Shown: positions 26,794-35,423 of the stretch, in pieces
How positions within the stretch are numbered: position 1 is the stretch's first letter
Layout of the letters: each line of letters opens with the position of its first letter
Assembly (NCBI GenBank): GCA_036510875.1
Contig: DATCDE010000007.1
Span: 3,055 to 67,054, forward strand
Direction of reading: 5' to 3'
Source: Actinomycetes bacterium
GTDB taxonomy: Bacteria > Actinomycetota > Actinomycetes > Prado026
DNA: 64,000 nt
Program-made: the position numbers and the translations under genes
The notes under the pieces: generated by a model
Told to the model about the DNA's origin: nothing
The model's input: the letters and a program-made list of their open reading frames with translations, nothing else
Database searches by the model: none

Positions 26794-28269
26794 GTGACGA
26801 CGAGCGAGTGGGAGGTCGAGGCCTGGCATCGGGCGGTGGACAGCCGTGACCCGCGCTTCGACGGTCGGGTGTTCCTGGGCGTCACGTCCACGGGCATCTA
26901 CTGCCGGCCGTCTTGCCCGGCCCGGCGGCCGAAGCGGGAGAACCGCCGCTTCTACCGGACGCCGGGCGCCGCGGTGGCGGCCGGGTTCCGGGCCTGCCGG
27001 CTGTGCCGCCCGGACGCGCTGCCCGGGTCGCGGGAGTGGGACCACCGTGGCGACCTCGCCGGGCGGGCGCTGCGGTTGATCGCGGCCGGGGCCGTGGACG
27101 AGCAGGGGGTGGCCGGCCTGGCTCGCCGGCTCGCGGTGAGCGAGCGGCACCTGCACCGCACGCTGGTCACTGAGGTGGGCGCCGGACCGCTGTCGCTGGC
27201 CAGGACCCGGCGGGCGCAGACCGCCCGGCTGCTCATCGACCAGACCCTGCTGCCGATGGTCGACGTCGCGTTCGCGGCCGGCTTCGCCAGCCTGCGGCAG
27301 TTCAACGACGTGATGCGGGCCGAGTTCGGCTGCCCGCCGTCCCAGCTGCGCCGGCGCCCCGACCCGGAGGCCGCGGCCCGCGCGCCCGGCGGCGGACTGG
27401 TACTGCGCCTGGTGCACCGGGAGCCGCTCGCGGCCGGACCGCTGCTCGGCTTCCTGGCGGCGCGCGCTATCCCCGGTGTGGAGATGGGTGACGCCGGGGG
27501 ACTGCGCCGGGTCGTGGCCACGCCAGGCGGCGGTGCCGTCGTGTCGGTGCAGCCGGTGCCGGGTGCGGGACACGTGCTGGCCGGGGTCCGGCTGCCCCGG
27601 CTGAGCGACCTGGCCGGGGTCGTGGCCGGCCTGCGCCAGCTGCTCGACCTGGACGCCGAGCCGGACGCCGTGGACGCCGTGCTGGGCGCCGAGCCGGCGC
27701 TCGGCAGCCTCGTGGCGGCCCGGCCCGGGCTGCGGGTGCCGGGCGCCGTGGACGGCTTCGAGCTCGCGGTGCGGGCCGTGCTGGGCCAGCAGGTCTCGGT
27801 GGCCGGCGCCCGGACGCTCGCGGGCCGGCTGGTCGCGGCGTTCGGTGAGCCGCTGCCTGAGCCCGAGGACGGGCTGACGGCCGCGTTCCCCGTGGCCGAG
27901 GCGCTGGCCGACGCCGACCTGGGCCGGGTGGGCCTCACCGGTGCGCGACAGCGGGCGCTGCGGGAGCTGAGCGCGGCCGTGGCCGCGGGGGAGCTGCAGC
28001 TGGACCCCGGTGCCGACCGGGCCGAGACCCGGGCCCGGCTGCTCGACATCCCCGGCATCGGGCCGTGGACCGTCGAGTACGTCGCGATGCGCGCGCTGGC
28101 TGACTCCGACGCGTGGCCGGCCACCGACCTCGTGCTGCGCCGCGAGGTGCAGCGGCACGGTCTCCAGCCCGACCGGCTGCGCCCCTGGCGCTCCTACGTC
28201 GCGCTCCACCTGTGGGCCGCCGTCGCCGACCCCGTCCCCGTCCCCCCGAGCCGCCAGGAGATCCGATGA
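26794..28269 (+). CDS. Bifunctional Ada-type regulator/repair protein: Ada N-terminal Zn methylphosphotriester domain, AraC HTH and AlkA 3-methyladenine DNA glycosylase II.
   Basis: FYRTPGAAVAAGFRACRLCRP / YCRPSCPAR Cys cluster (Ada-N). HTH region. The C-terminal HhH-GPD region includes LDIPGIGPWTVEYVAMRAL. Confidence 0.8.
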   Translation: MTTSEWEVEAWHRAVDSRDPRFDGRVFLGVTSTGIYCRPSCPARRPKRENRRFYRTPGAAVAAGFRACRLCRPDALPGSREWDHRGDLAGRALRLIAAGAVDEQGVAGLARRLAVSERHLHRTLVTEVGAGPLSLARTRRAQTARLLIDQTLLPMVDVAFAAGFASLRQFNDVMRAEFGCPPSQLRRRPDPEAAARAPGGGLVLRLVHREPLAAGPLLGFLAARAIPGVEMGDAGGLRRVVATPGGGAVVSVQPVPGAGHVLAGVRLPRLSDLAGVVAGLRQLLDLDAEPDAVDAVLGAEPALGSLVAARPGLRVPGAVDGFELAVRAVLGQQVSVAGARTLAGRLVAAFGEPLPEPEDGLTAAFPVAEALADADLGRVGLTGARQRALRELSAAVAAGELQLDPGADRAETRARLLDIPGIGPWTVEYVAMRALADSDAWPATDLVLRREVQRHGLQPDRLRPWRSYVALHLWAAVADPVPVPPSRQEIR

Positions 28270-29801
28270 ACGCGCCGAGTCAGCCGCTGGACAGCACCAC
28301 GCTCAGCACGCCGGTCGGCTCGTGGGGGATCGTGGTCCTGGACGGCGTGGTGGTGGCCTCGGGGTTCGCCTCCGCGGCGGACCTGTCGCAGCGGCTCGCG
28401 CCCGAGCTGCGGGCAGCCGGGCTGCGGGGGCGTCGCGACCTCGGGCCGGTCACCGCGGCCGCCCGGGCCTACCTGGACGGCGACCTGTCCGCCCTGGACG
28501 CCGTCCAGGTCAGCCAGCCCGGTGGGCCGTTCCTGCAGGAGATCTGGCGGGTCATGCGGCAGATCCCGGCCGGGCAGACCTGGACGTACGCCGAGCTGGC
28601 CGCCAAGGCCGGCCGCCCCACCGCGGTCCGGGCCGCCGGGAGCGGCTGCGCCCGCAACCTGGTGGCCCCGTTCGTCCCGTGCCACCGGGTCGTCCGCAGC
28701 GACGGCACGCTCGGCGGCTACTACTACGGACTGCCGGTCAAGCAGTGGCTGCTCGCCCACGAGCGCGCCGCCTGACCGGCCGGGGTCAGCGGCGGTCGGT
28801 GTCGCCGGCCGGACGGCGGCCGCGAGGGCCCGCAGGTCCCCATTCACCAGGGCCTGCGGGCCGTCGACGAGTGCATGCTCCGGGTCGGGGTGGACGTCGA
28901 CGATGATCCCGTCCGCGCCGACCGCGATCGCGGCTCTGGACAGCGGGACGACGAGGTCGCGGCGCCCACCGGAGTGCGACGGGTCGACGACGACGGGCAG
29001 GTGCGACAGCCCGTGTGCGACCGGCACCGCCGAGATGTCCAGCGTGTTCCGGGTGGCGGTCTCGAAGGTGCGGATGCCGCGCTCGCACAGCACGATGTCC
29101 AGGTTGCCGCGCTGGGCGATGTACTCGGCCGCCATCAGCCACTCCTCGATGGTCGCCTGCATGCCGCGCTTGAGCATGACCGGCTTGCCCACCGAGCCGA
29201 CGGCCTGCAGCAGGGTGAAGTTGGCCATGTTGCGGGTGCCCACCTGGAGCATGTCCGCGTACTCGGCCACCCGCTCGACGTCACCGGGGTCGACCACCTC
29301 GGTGACGATCGGCAGGCCGGTCGCCTCCCGAACGTCGGCCAGGATCCGCAGGCCTTCCTCGCCGAGGCCCTGGAACGCGTACGGCGAGCTGCGCGGCTTG
29401 AACGCGCCGCCGCGCAGCAGGGTGGCCCCGGCGGCCTTGGCCATCTCGGCGGCCTCGAGGGTCTGCTGCGGCGTCTCCACGGCGCAGGGTCCCGCGATCA
29501 GCGTGAACGTGTCCGGCCCGATCGGTACCCGCTGCCCGGCGGGGCCCACCCACACGGTCGTCATGTCCGGGTGGTGCTGGCGGGAGACCAGCTTGTAGGG
29601 CACCGAGATCCGCACGACGTCGCTCACCCCCGCCAGGCCACGCAGCTCGAGCGCCTGGAACTGCTCGATGTCGCCGACCAGCCCGATGATGGTGCGGGTG
29701 ACCCCGCGGCTGACGAAGGCGGTGCCACCCGCACCCTCCACCCGTGCCACCACGGCGTCGACGTCCGCGTCGGTCGCCTCGGGCGACATCACCACGACCA
29801 T
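28194..29801 (-). CDS. aroF: DAHP synthase type I-beta (AroF/KDO8PS-like) with an N-terminal ACT/ferredoxin-like regulatory domain. Only about 29801..28790 looks like genuine protein. The in-frame stop is not reached until 28194, which would run antisense across ogt.
   Basis: N-terminal regulatory domain (VVARVEGAGGTAFVSRGVTRTIIGLVGD), then catalytic LLRGGAFKPRSSPY, GLPIVTEV, GKPVMLKRG, VVDPSHSGGRRD. RBS AGGAGAAGG before the ATG at 29801. The C-terminal 180 aa of the ORF are low-complexity. This suggests a frameshift/sequence error or an undetected true stop. Coordinates are the raw ORF. Confidence 0.6.
   Translation of the reverse strand: MVVVMSPEATDADVDAVVARVEGAGGTAFVSRGVTRTIIGLVGDIEQFQALELRGLAGVSDVVRISVPYKLVSRQHHPDMTTVWVGPAGQRVPIGPDTFTLIAGPCAVETPQQTLEAAEMAKAAGATLLRGGAFKPRSSPYAFQGLGEEGLRILADVREATGLPIVTEVVDPGDVERVAEYADMLQVGTRNMANFTLLQAVGSVGKPVMLKRGMQATIEEWLMAAEYIAQRGNLDIVLCERGIRTFETATRNTLDISAVPVAHGLSHLPVVVDPSHSGGRRDLVVPLSRAAIAVGADGIIVDVHPDPEHALVDGPQALVNGDLRALAAAVRPATPTAADPGRSGGALVGEQPLLDRQSVVVAAERAVAADDPVARDERGHQVAGAAAPGGPDRGGAAGLGGQLGVRPGLPGRDLPHDPPDLLQERPTGLADLDGVQGGQVAVQVGPGGRGDRPEVATPPQPGCPQLGREPLRQVRRGGEPRGHHHAVQDHDPPRADRRAERGAVQRLTRRVHRISWRLGGTGTGSATAAHRWSAT
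28266..28775 (+). CDS. ogt: Methylated-DNA--protein-cysteine methyltransferase.
   Basis: TYAELAAKAGRPTAVRAAGSGCARNLVAPFVPCHRVV contains the PCHRV active site. ATG at 28266 overlaps the upstream stop (ATGA). Confidence 0.85.
   Translation: MNAPSQPLDSTTLSTPVGSWGIVVLDGVVVASGFASAADLSQRLAPELRAAGLRGRRDLGPVTAAARAYLDGDLSALDAVQVSQPGGPFLQEIWRVMRQIPAGQTWTYAELAAKAGRPTAVRAAGSGCARNLVAPFVPCHRVVRSDGTLGGYYYGLPVKQWLLAHERAA
28773..28788. terminator. Short imperfect palindrome TGACCGGCCGGGGTCA between the convergent ogt and DAHPS genes.
   Basis: Seen in sequence. A possible bidirectional terminator; it also contains a TGA in an alternative frame of the DAHPS gene. Confidence 0.3.
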
Positions 29802-29824
29802 GACCTTCTCCTGACATGCAAAGA

Positions 29825-29844
29825 GCCCCGGACGGGTCCGGGGC
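29825..29844. promoter_or_regulatory. Perfect palindrome GCCCCGGAC-GG-GTCCGGGGC in the divergent intergenic region (DAHPS I-beta / Mo-oxidoreductase).
   Basis: 9-bp arms seen directly. Candidate operator or RNA hairpin. Confidence 0.35.
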
Positions 29845-30007
29845 TCGAGTGGGGGGTTCGTGTGCGGCTACCGCAAGCCGCCCGCCGCCCACCGGGGAGC
29901 CCCGGTGGGAAAGCCATAGGCGAACCAGCGCGTCTGCACGTGGCCAGCATAGGCGGTGGGCCGACCGCTGTCGTCGCTGTCCACAATGTGGACGGCCGTC
30001 TCATCCG

Positions 30008-30661
30008 ATGGGTGTGCCCGTCCGACCGCCGACGCGGCTCTGCGAGACTGCGAAGGTGCGCGCGGCCAGCTCGGAGACCAGGTTGCCACCGGGGCAGACT
30101 GTGGCGCGCGGCTGGCCGGCGCGGCACTACGGCCCAGTGCCGAAGTTTCGTCCTGACCGGTGGGACCTGCGCATCTTCGGGGCCACCGCGAGCGGGGAGA
30201 ACCTGAGCTGCGGCTACCAGGACCTCGACCAGCTCCCCGTCGACGAGGTGGTCGCCGACCTGCACTGCGTCACGAAGTTCTCGGTGCTGCGCAACGTGTG
30301 GAGCGGCGTCCTCACGCGGTCCGTTCTGGCCACGGCGCCGCCGCACCCCGACGTGACCCACGTGCTGGTCTGGGCCGAGTACGGCTACAGCACGAACCTG
30401 CCGATCGAGGACCTCACCTTGCCGACGACGATCCTGGCCACGCACCACAACGGGCAGCCGCTGACCCCCGAGCACGGCTTCCCGCTGCGGCTGGTCGTGC
30501 CGCACCGCTACGCCTGGAAGGGCCCGAAGTGGGTGCGTGGCATCGAGTACCTGCTGGCCGACCGTCGCGGCTTCTGGGAGGAGCGCGGCTACCACAACCT
30601 GGCCGACCCGTGGACCGAGCAGCGGTACTCCTACCAGGAGGCTGAGACGACAACGCGGTAG
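30008..30661 (+). CDS. Sulfite-oxidase-like molybdopterin-binding oxidoreductase domain protein.
   Basis: C-terminal ...VVPHRYAWKGPKWVRGIEYLLADRRGFWEERGY resembles the Moco oxidoreductase fold (MsrP/YedY family). The start is placed at ATG 30008; the long ORF from 29816 is R/P-rich. Confidence 0.55.
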   Translation: MGVPVRPPTRLCETAKVRAASSETRLPPGQTVARGWPARHYGPVPKFRPDRWDLRIFGATASGENLSCGYQDLDQLPVDEVVADLHCVTKFSVLRNVWSGVLTRSVLATAPPHPDVTHVLVWAEYGYSTNLPIEDLTLPTTILATHHNGQPLTPEHGFPLRLVVPHRYAWKGPKWVRGIEYLLADRRGFWEERGYHNLADPWTEQRYSYQEAETTTR

Positions 30662-30704
30662 CGCCCGGGATACCGGGCGCCACCGCGTCGTGGGTGGCTA
30701 GGCG

Positions 30705-31502
30705 TCAGTGGCCGTGGCCGGCCTGACCGGAGTCGTGGCCGCCGAAGCCGCCCAGGTTGCCGAGGCCCTGGCCAAGACCGAGGCCGAGGCCGCCGCCGTG
30801 GCGACCCTGGTCCTTCTTGCCGTGCTTGGTGTCCATGGGCCAGCTGTGCTCACCGTCGTGCTGCTTCTTGTGCCGGCCGTCGCCGATGCCAGCGGCCTTG
30901 AGGAGAGTCTGGACCTGCGCGACGGACTGCGCGTTCTTCACGTCAGTCTGCAGCTGCGTCAGCTTGTCCTTCTGGGCAGTCAGGGCCGCGGTCGCTGCGG
31001 CCTGCTGGGTGGCGTCCAGCTTCGAGGTCGGCAGCTTCGCGATCTTCTCGTCGAGCTCGGCCAGCTGGTGGGTGATCATGACGTTGATCCGCGCCTGGAG
31101 CTCGGTCAGGCTCGGCGCCCAGTAGTTCGCGAGGGCCGTCTGGACGTCGGCCACGGTGCTCGCGGCGTTGACCGCGGCCTGCAAGTCGGTGAGCTTCGTC
31201 TGCAGGATCGAGATCAGGTCCTGCTTGGCCTTGATCTCGTCCGCCGTCATCTGCGCCGTCGGCACGGTGGGGAGTGCGGCGAGCTTGGCCGTCAGTGCCG
31301 CCTGCCGGGCGGTGATCTTCGCGGTCACCTTGGCCTTGAGCTGGTCCACGGTCAGGGTGCTGTCGGACTGGACGGTCGTCACGGCCCCCGCCGTTGACGT
31401 GGGGGTGGTGGTGCCACCGGTGGCGAAGGCCGGGGAGGCCACGCCGAGGGACAGCAGCGCCACACCGCCGACGACGGTCTTGCGGAGCAGTGTCTTGTTC
31501 AT
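30705..31502 (-). CDS. Secreted Ala/Thr/Gln-rich coiled-coil protein with a His/Gly-rich C-terminal tail.
   Basis: Signal peptide MNKTLLRKTVVGGVALLSLGVASPAFA with RBS GAGGA. Internal ...LTxLQ... repeats. C-terminal HKKQHDGEHSWPMDTKHGKK...GHDSGQAGHGH. Confidence 0.55.
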   Translation of the reverse strand: MNKTLLRKTVVGGVALLSLGVASPAFATGGTTTPTSTAGAVTTVQSDSTLTVDQLKAKVTAKITARQAALTAKLAALPTVPTAQMTADEIKAKQDLISILQTKLTDLQAAVNAASTVADVQTALANYWAPSLTELQARINVMITHQLAELDEKIAKLPTSKLDATQQAAATAALTAQKDKLTQLQTDVKNAQSVAQVQTLLKAAGIGDGRHKKQHDGEHSWPMDTKHGKKDQGRHGGGLGLGLGQGLGNLGGFGGHDSGQAGHGH

Positions 31503-31658
31503 GGGTCGAGGGATCCTCACGTTGGGAAACTACGGGCAGCAGGAGGTCTGCCCGGTCGGTCGCCGTCGAAACCCGGAACCACCCGAATGAGTGTTAACGC
31601 AGTCCAAAGGGCGACCTAAGATTCGCCGTGGCCCGATTGCCGCAACGGCAGCGAAGGC

Positions 31659-32570
31659 CTACAACGCCTCGAGGCGAGGCACCGTGGCGTCCCGGCCGCG
31701 CCGCGGGCCGAGCTCGACGCCGAGCATCGCCGTGACGACGAGCAGGCCACCCACGAGGATCGCCCAAGTGAGCGGCTCGCCGGCGAACACGACCGCGAAG
31801 ACCCCCGCGAACACCGGCTCCATGGTCAAGATGACCGCCGCCCGGGTCGCCGGCAGGTGCGCCTGGGCCCAGGTCTGCACCATGAACCCGATGGCGGTCG
31901 CAGCCACCGCCATGAAGCCGACCGCCCACCAGGCGGACCGGTCCGGCGGCAGCGCGACATGGCCGTCCGCGGCGGTGAGCAGCAGGCACAGGCCGGCCAC
32001 CGTGGCGGCCTGGACCAGCGTGAGCCCGTAGGCGTCGTCCGGACGGGACCACTCGCCCAGCCCGACGATGTGGAACGCGTAGAACGCCGCGCCCAGCAGG
32101 GTGAGCGCCTCGCCGAAGCCGACCGACACGCCACGCACGGTGAGCAGCCCGAGGCCGACCGTGGCCATGGCCACGCCCAGCCAGGCGCTGCGCTCGACCC
32201 GCTGCCGCAGCACCAGCCAGGCGACCAGCGGGGTGAAGACCACCATCATGCCGGTGACGAAGCCGGACACGGTCGCCGACGTCGTGCGCAGCCCCGCCGT
32301 CTGGGCCAGGAAGCCGGCGCCGAGGAAGCCGCCGAGCAGCACGCCGCGCCGGCGGGCGCCCGGTGACATCCGCAGCACCGCCCTCGGGCGGATGACGACC
32401 AGCAGCGCGGTGGCCACCGCGAACCGCCAGAACAGGAAGTCGGTCACCGCCATCCGGCCGATCACGTCCTTGACGACGATGAACGTGGAGCCCCACACCG
32501 CAGTGGCCGCCACCAGGGCGATGGAGGCGCCGTGCGCGGGGGAGACCCGGCGCTGCGACAGCACGCTCAT
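31659..32570 (-). CDS. DMT-superfamily (EamA-like) transporter.
   Basis: About 10 TM segments in two EamA-like repeats. 4-nt overlap with the upstream nfo stop. Confidence 0.7.
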   Translation of the reverse strand: MSVLSQRRVSPAHGASIALVAATAVWGSTFIVVKDVIGRMAVTDFLFWRFAVATALLVVIRPRAVLRMSPGARRRGVLLGGFLGAGFLAQTAGLRTTSATVSGFVTGMMVVFTPLVAWLVLRQRVERSAWLGVAMATVGLGLLTVRGVSVGFGEALTLLGAAFYAFHIVGLGEWSRPDDAYGLTLVQAATVAGLCLLLTAADGHVALPPDRSAWWAVGFMAVAATAIGFMVQTWAQAHLPATRAAVILTMEPVFAGVFAVVFAGEPLTWAILVGGLLVVTAMLGVELGPRRGRDATVPRLEAL

Positions 32571-33442
32571 CGGTCCCGCAGCCGCTGCAGCAGGGCCACG
32601 TCGTGGGCGTGGTCGTCGACGTCACCGGGGGTCTCAATGACCACTGGGACGCCGGACAACGCCGGGTCGGCCAGCAGCTCGGCGAAGGAAGCCTCCCCGA
32701 TGCGCCCCTTGCCGATCCGCTCGTGCCGGTCACGGTGGGACCCGCAGGGGTCCCCGGAGTCGTTGGCGTGCACCAGTTGCAGCCGACCCGGGCCGACCAC
32801 CCGGACGAGGGCGTCCAAGGTCCGCCGCATGCCGCCGGGCGCGGCCAGGTCGTGCCCGGCGGCGTAGGCGTGGCAGGTGTCCAGGCAGACGCCGACCTTG
32901 GGGTGCCGGTCGAGTGCGGCCAGGTACCGCTCGAGGTCCTCGACCGTCGCGCACAGCGAGCGTCCCTGCCCCGCGGTCGGCTCCAGCAGCAGGGCCGGGC
33001 CGTCGTCCGGCAGCCGTTCGAGCAGCGGCAGCAGCAGGGCGCGCACCTGGGCCAGCGCGGCCACCACGCCGTCCTGGCCGGTCGAGGTGACGGTCGACCC
33101 GGTGTGCACGACGACCCCCTCGGCGCCCACCTGGGCGGCCCGCAGCAGGCTGTGCGCCACCAGGTGGGTGGAGCGCTCGGCGGTCCCCGGGGTCGGGCTG
33201 GCCAGGTTCACCAGGTACGGCGAGTGCACGAAGATGCGCAGCCCGCGCTGCTCGCAGCCGGCCCGGAAGGCCGCGTCCTCGGCGGGGTCACCGGTGCTCG
33301 TCGACCAGCCGCGAGGGTTGCCCACGAAGACTTGGGCCGCCTGTGCGCCGACCCGGTCGGCATCGGCGAGGGCGCCCTTGACCAGCCCACCCGCGGTCCG
33401 TAGGTGGCTGCCCACCGGCGGCGGGACACGGCGGCGGGGCAT
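32567..33442 (-). CDS. nfo: Deoxyribonuclease IV / endonuclease IV (AP endonuclease family 2).
   Basis: VGSHLRTAGGL, HSPYLVNLASP, VVHTGS, LLEPTAGQG, CLDTCHAYAAGHD, RHERIGKGRIG motifs. Confidence 0.85.
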   Translation of the reverse strand: MPRRRVPPPVGSHLRTAGGLVKGALADADRVGAQAAQVFVGNPRGWSTSTGDPAEDAAFRAGCEQRGLRIFVHSPYLVNLASPTPGTAERSTHLVAHSLLRAAQVGAEGVVVHTGSTVTSTGQDGVVAALAQVRALLLPLLERLPDDGPALLLEPTAGQGRSLCATVEDLERYLAALDRHPKVGVCLDTCHAYAAGHDLAAPGGMRRTLDALVRVVGPGRLQLVHANDSGDPCGSHRDRHERIGKGRIGEASFAELLADPALSGVPVVIETPGDVDDHAHDVALLQRLRDR

Positions 33443-33455
33443 GCCCGCCAGGATC

Positions 33456-35423
33456 TCAGACGATGGTGAGGGTGATGGCACTGCCCATCGGGGCCTGCGA
33501 ACCCCCGGAGGGGTTCTGCAGCCGCACCGTGTCGAAGAACCCGCCGAGCACCTTGTTGATGTTCACGGTGAACCCGGCCTTGGTCAGCGCCTTGGTGGCG
33601 TCCTTGGTGCTCATGCCGACGACGCTCGGCACGGTCACCAGCGGCGGGCCCTTGGAGACGACGACGGTCACCGTGCTGCCCTGGGCGACCGAGGCCCCGG
33701 CGGCCGGCGTCTGGCTGACCACGGAGCCGGCAGGGACGGTCTGGCTGTACGCGTCGGTGCCTCGCTTGATGGTCAGCTTGGCGCTCTTCAGCGTGGTCGT
33801 CGCCTGGTCGAGGGCGAGGCCGGTGATCTTGGGCACGCTCACCGGCGGCAGCCCCTGGCTGACCGTGATCCGCACGGCGGTGTCCCGCTTGACCTGCGCG
33901 CCCACGCCCGGGTCCTGCGCCATGACCTGCCCGGCCGGGATGGTCTGGGAGTAGCCGTTCGACGAGGTGCCCACGACCAGGTTGACCGCGGCCAGCGCCG
34001 CGGCGGCCTGGTCGGGGGTCATGCCGGCCAGGCTCGGCACGGCGTACCGCTCGGGTCCGCTGGACAGGACCAGCGTGACGGTGCTGCCTTTGCGGACCTG
34101 CTCGGTCGGCGCCGGTCGGGTGTCGACGACCAGCCCGGCCTTGACCGTCTCGCTGAACACCGGGTCGCCGAGCTTGGTGGACAGCCCGTCCGCCTGCAGC
34201 TTGCTGGTGGCCGCGGCGCCGGTCAGCCCGAGCACCGACGGCATGGCCGTGTACCGGCCGCTGCCCAGCCACCAGGCGCCGTAGCCGACGACGGTGGTGA
34301 CCAGCAGCAGGAGCAGCAGGCCCACGACGACCGGCCGGCGCCGCTTGGCCCCGAGCGCGGCCTTGGGGACCTGACCGGGCGGGCCGACCGGGGCCGGGAC
34401 GGCGGCGACCACCGCGGGCGTGCCCGGGATCGGCACGATGAGGGTCTGGGTGAGGTCGATCGGGTGCCCGCTGCCCCCGAGCTGCGCGGGCGACAGCTGA
34501 TGCCGGGTCAGCTCAACCCGCTCGAGCAGGGCCGCGGCGTCGGCCGGCCGGCTGGACGGGTCCCGGTGGGTGGCCACGAGGACCAGCTCATCGAGCGGGC
34601 CGGCCAGCGCCGGGACGACGGACGACGGGGGTGGGACGTCCTCGTGCACGTGCCGGTAGACCACGCCCATGACGTCCTCGGCCGTGAACGGCGGCACGCC
34701 GGTGAGCATCTCGAACAGCATGATCCCGGCCGAGTAGACGTCGCTGCGCTCGTCGGCCAGGCCGCTGGCCTGCTCCGGCGCCAGGTAGGCCACCGTGCCC
34801 ATGAGCAGCCCGTGGGTGGTCTGCCCGGTCTGGGCCGTGGCAGCACGGGCCAGACCGAAGTCGGCCACCTTCACCCGGCCGTCGTCGGCGAGCAGCACGT
34901 TCTCCGGCTTGATGTCGCGGTGCACCAGGCCGGCCCGGTGGGCGACCGCCAGCGCGGACAGCACCGGCTCGAGCAGGTCGAGGGCCTCCCGGGGGCTGAG
35001 CCGGGTGCGCTCGCGCAGGAGGTCCCGCAGGGTGCGGCCCTGGACGTACTCCATGGCCAGGAACACGGTGCCGTCGTCCGCGCCCTGGTCGTAGACGGCC
35101 ACGATGTTGGGGTGGGACAACCGGGCGGCGGAGCGTGCCTCGTGGATGAACTTGGACACGAAGGTGGCGTCCTCGGCCAGCCACGGGTGCATGACCTTCA
35201 GCGCGACCGGGCGGTCCAGCCGGGTGTCCAGCGCTTCGTACACCACCGCCATGCCGCCGCGGGCGATCCGGCGCACAACCCGGTAGCGGCCGTCCAGCAG
35301 CCGCCCCACCAGCGCGTCGGTGACCGTGGTGTCCACCCCAGGAGTGTACGGTCCGGCGTCCGATTCGCCCGGAAGACCGGGCTGGACCGTCTCGGCCGGA
35401 CCGTAGGGTTCGGGTATGGCCAA
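33456..35423 (-). CDS. pknL: Ser/Thr protein kinase with TM and four PASTA repeats (PknL/PknB-like).
   Basis: Kinase subdomains (AVVYEALD...VALKVM, HRDIKPENVLL, DFGLARA, APEQ), a TM helix, then four PASTA repeats. It lies next to an Rv2175c-like gene, as pknL does in M. tuberculosis. Confidence 0.85.
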   Translation of the reverse strand: MAIPEPYGPAETVQPGLPGESDAGPYTPGVDTTVTDALVGRLLDGRYRVVRRIARGGMAVVYEALDTRLDRPVALKVMHPWLAEDATFVSKFIHEARSAARLSHPNIVAVYDQGADDGTVFLAMEYVQGRTLRDLLRERTRLSPREALDLLEPVLSALAVAHRAGLVHRDIKPENVLLADDGRVKVADFGLARAATAQTGQTTHGLLMGTVAYLAPEQASGLADERSDVYSAGIMLFEMLTGVPPFTAEDVMGVVYRHVHEDVPPPSSVVPALAGPLDELVLVATHRDPSSRPADAAALLERVELTRHQLSPAQLGGSGHPIDLTQTLIVPIPGTPAVVAAVPAPVGPPGQVPKAALGAKRRRPVVVGLLLLLLVTTVVGYGAWWLGSGRYTAMPSVLGLTGAAATSKLQADGLSTKLGDPVFSETVKAGLVVDTRPAPTEQVRKGSTVTLVLSSGPERYAVPSLAGMTPDQAAAALAAVNLVVGTSSNGYSQTIPAGQVMAQDPGVGAQVKRDTAVRITVSQGLPPVSVPKITGLALDQATTTLKSAKLTIKRGTDAYSQTVPAGSVVSQTPAAGASVAQGSTVTVVVSKGPPLVTVPSVVGMSTKDATKALTKAGFTVNINKVLGGFFDTVRLQNPSGGSQAPMGSAITLTIV

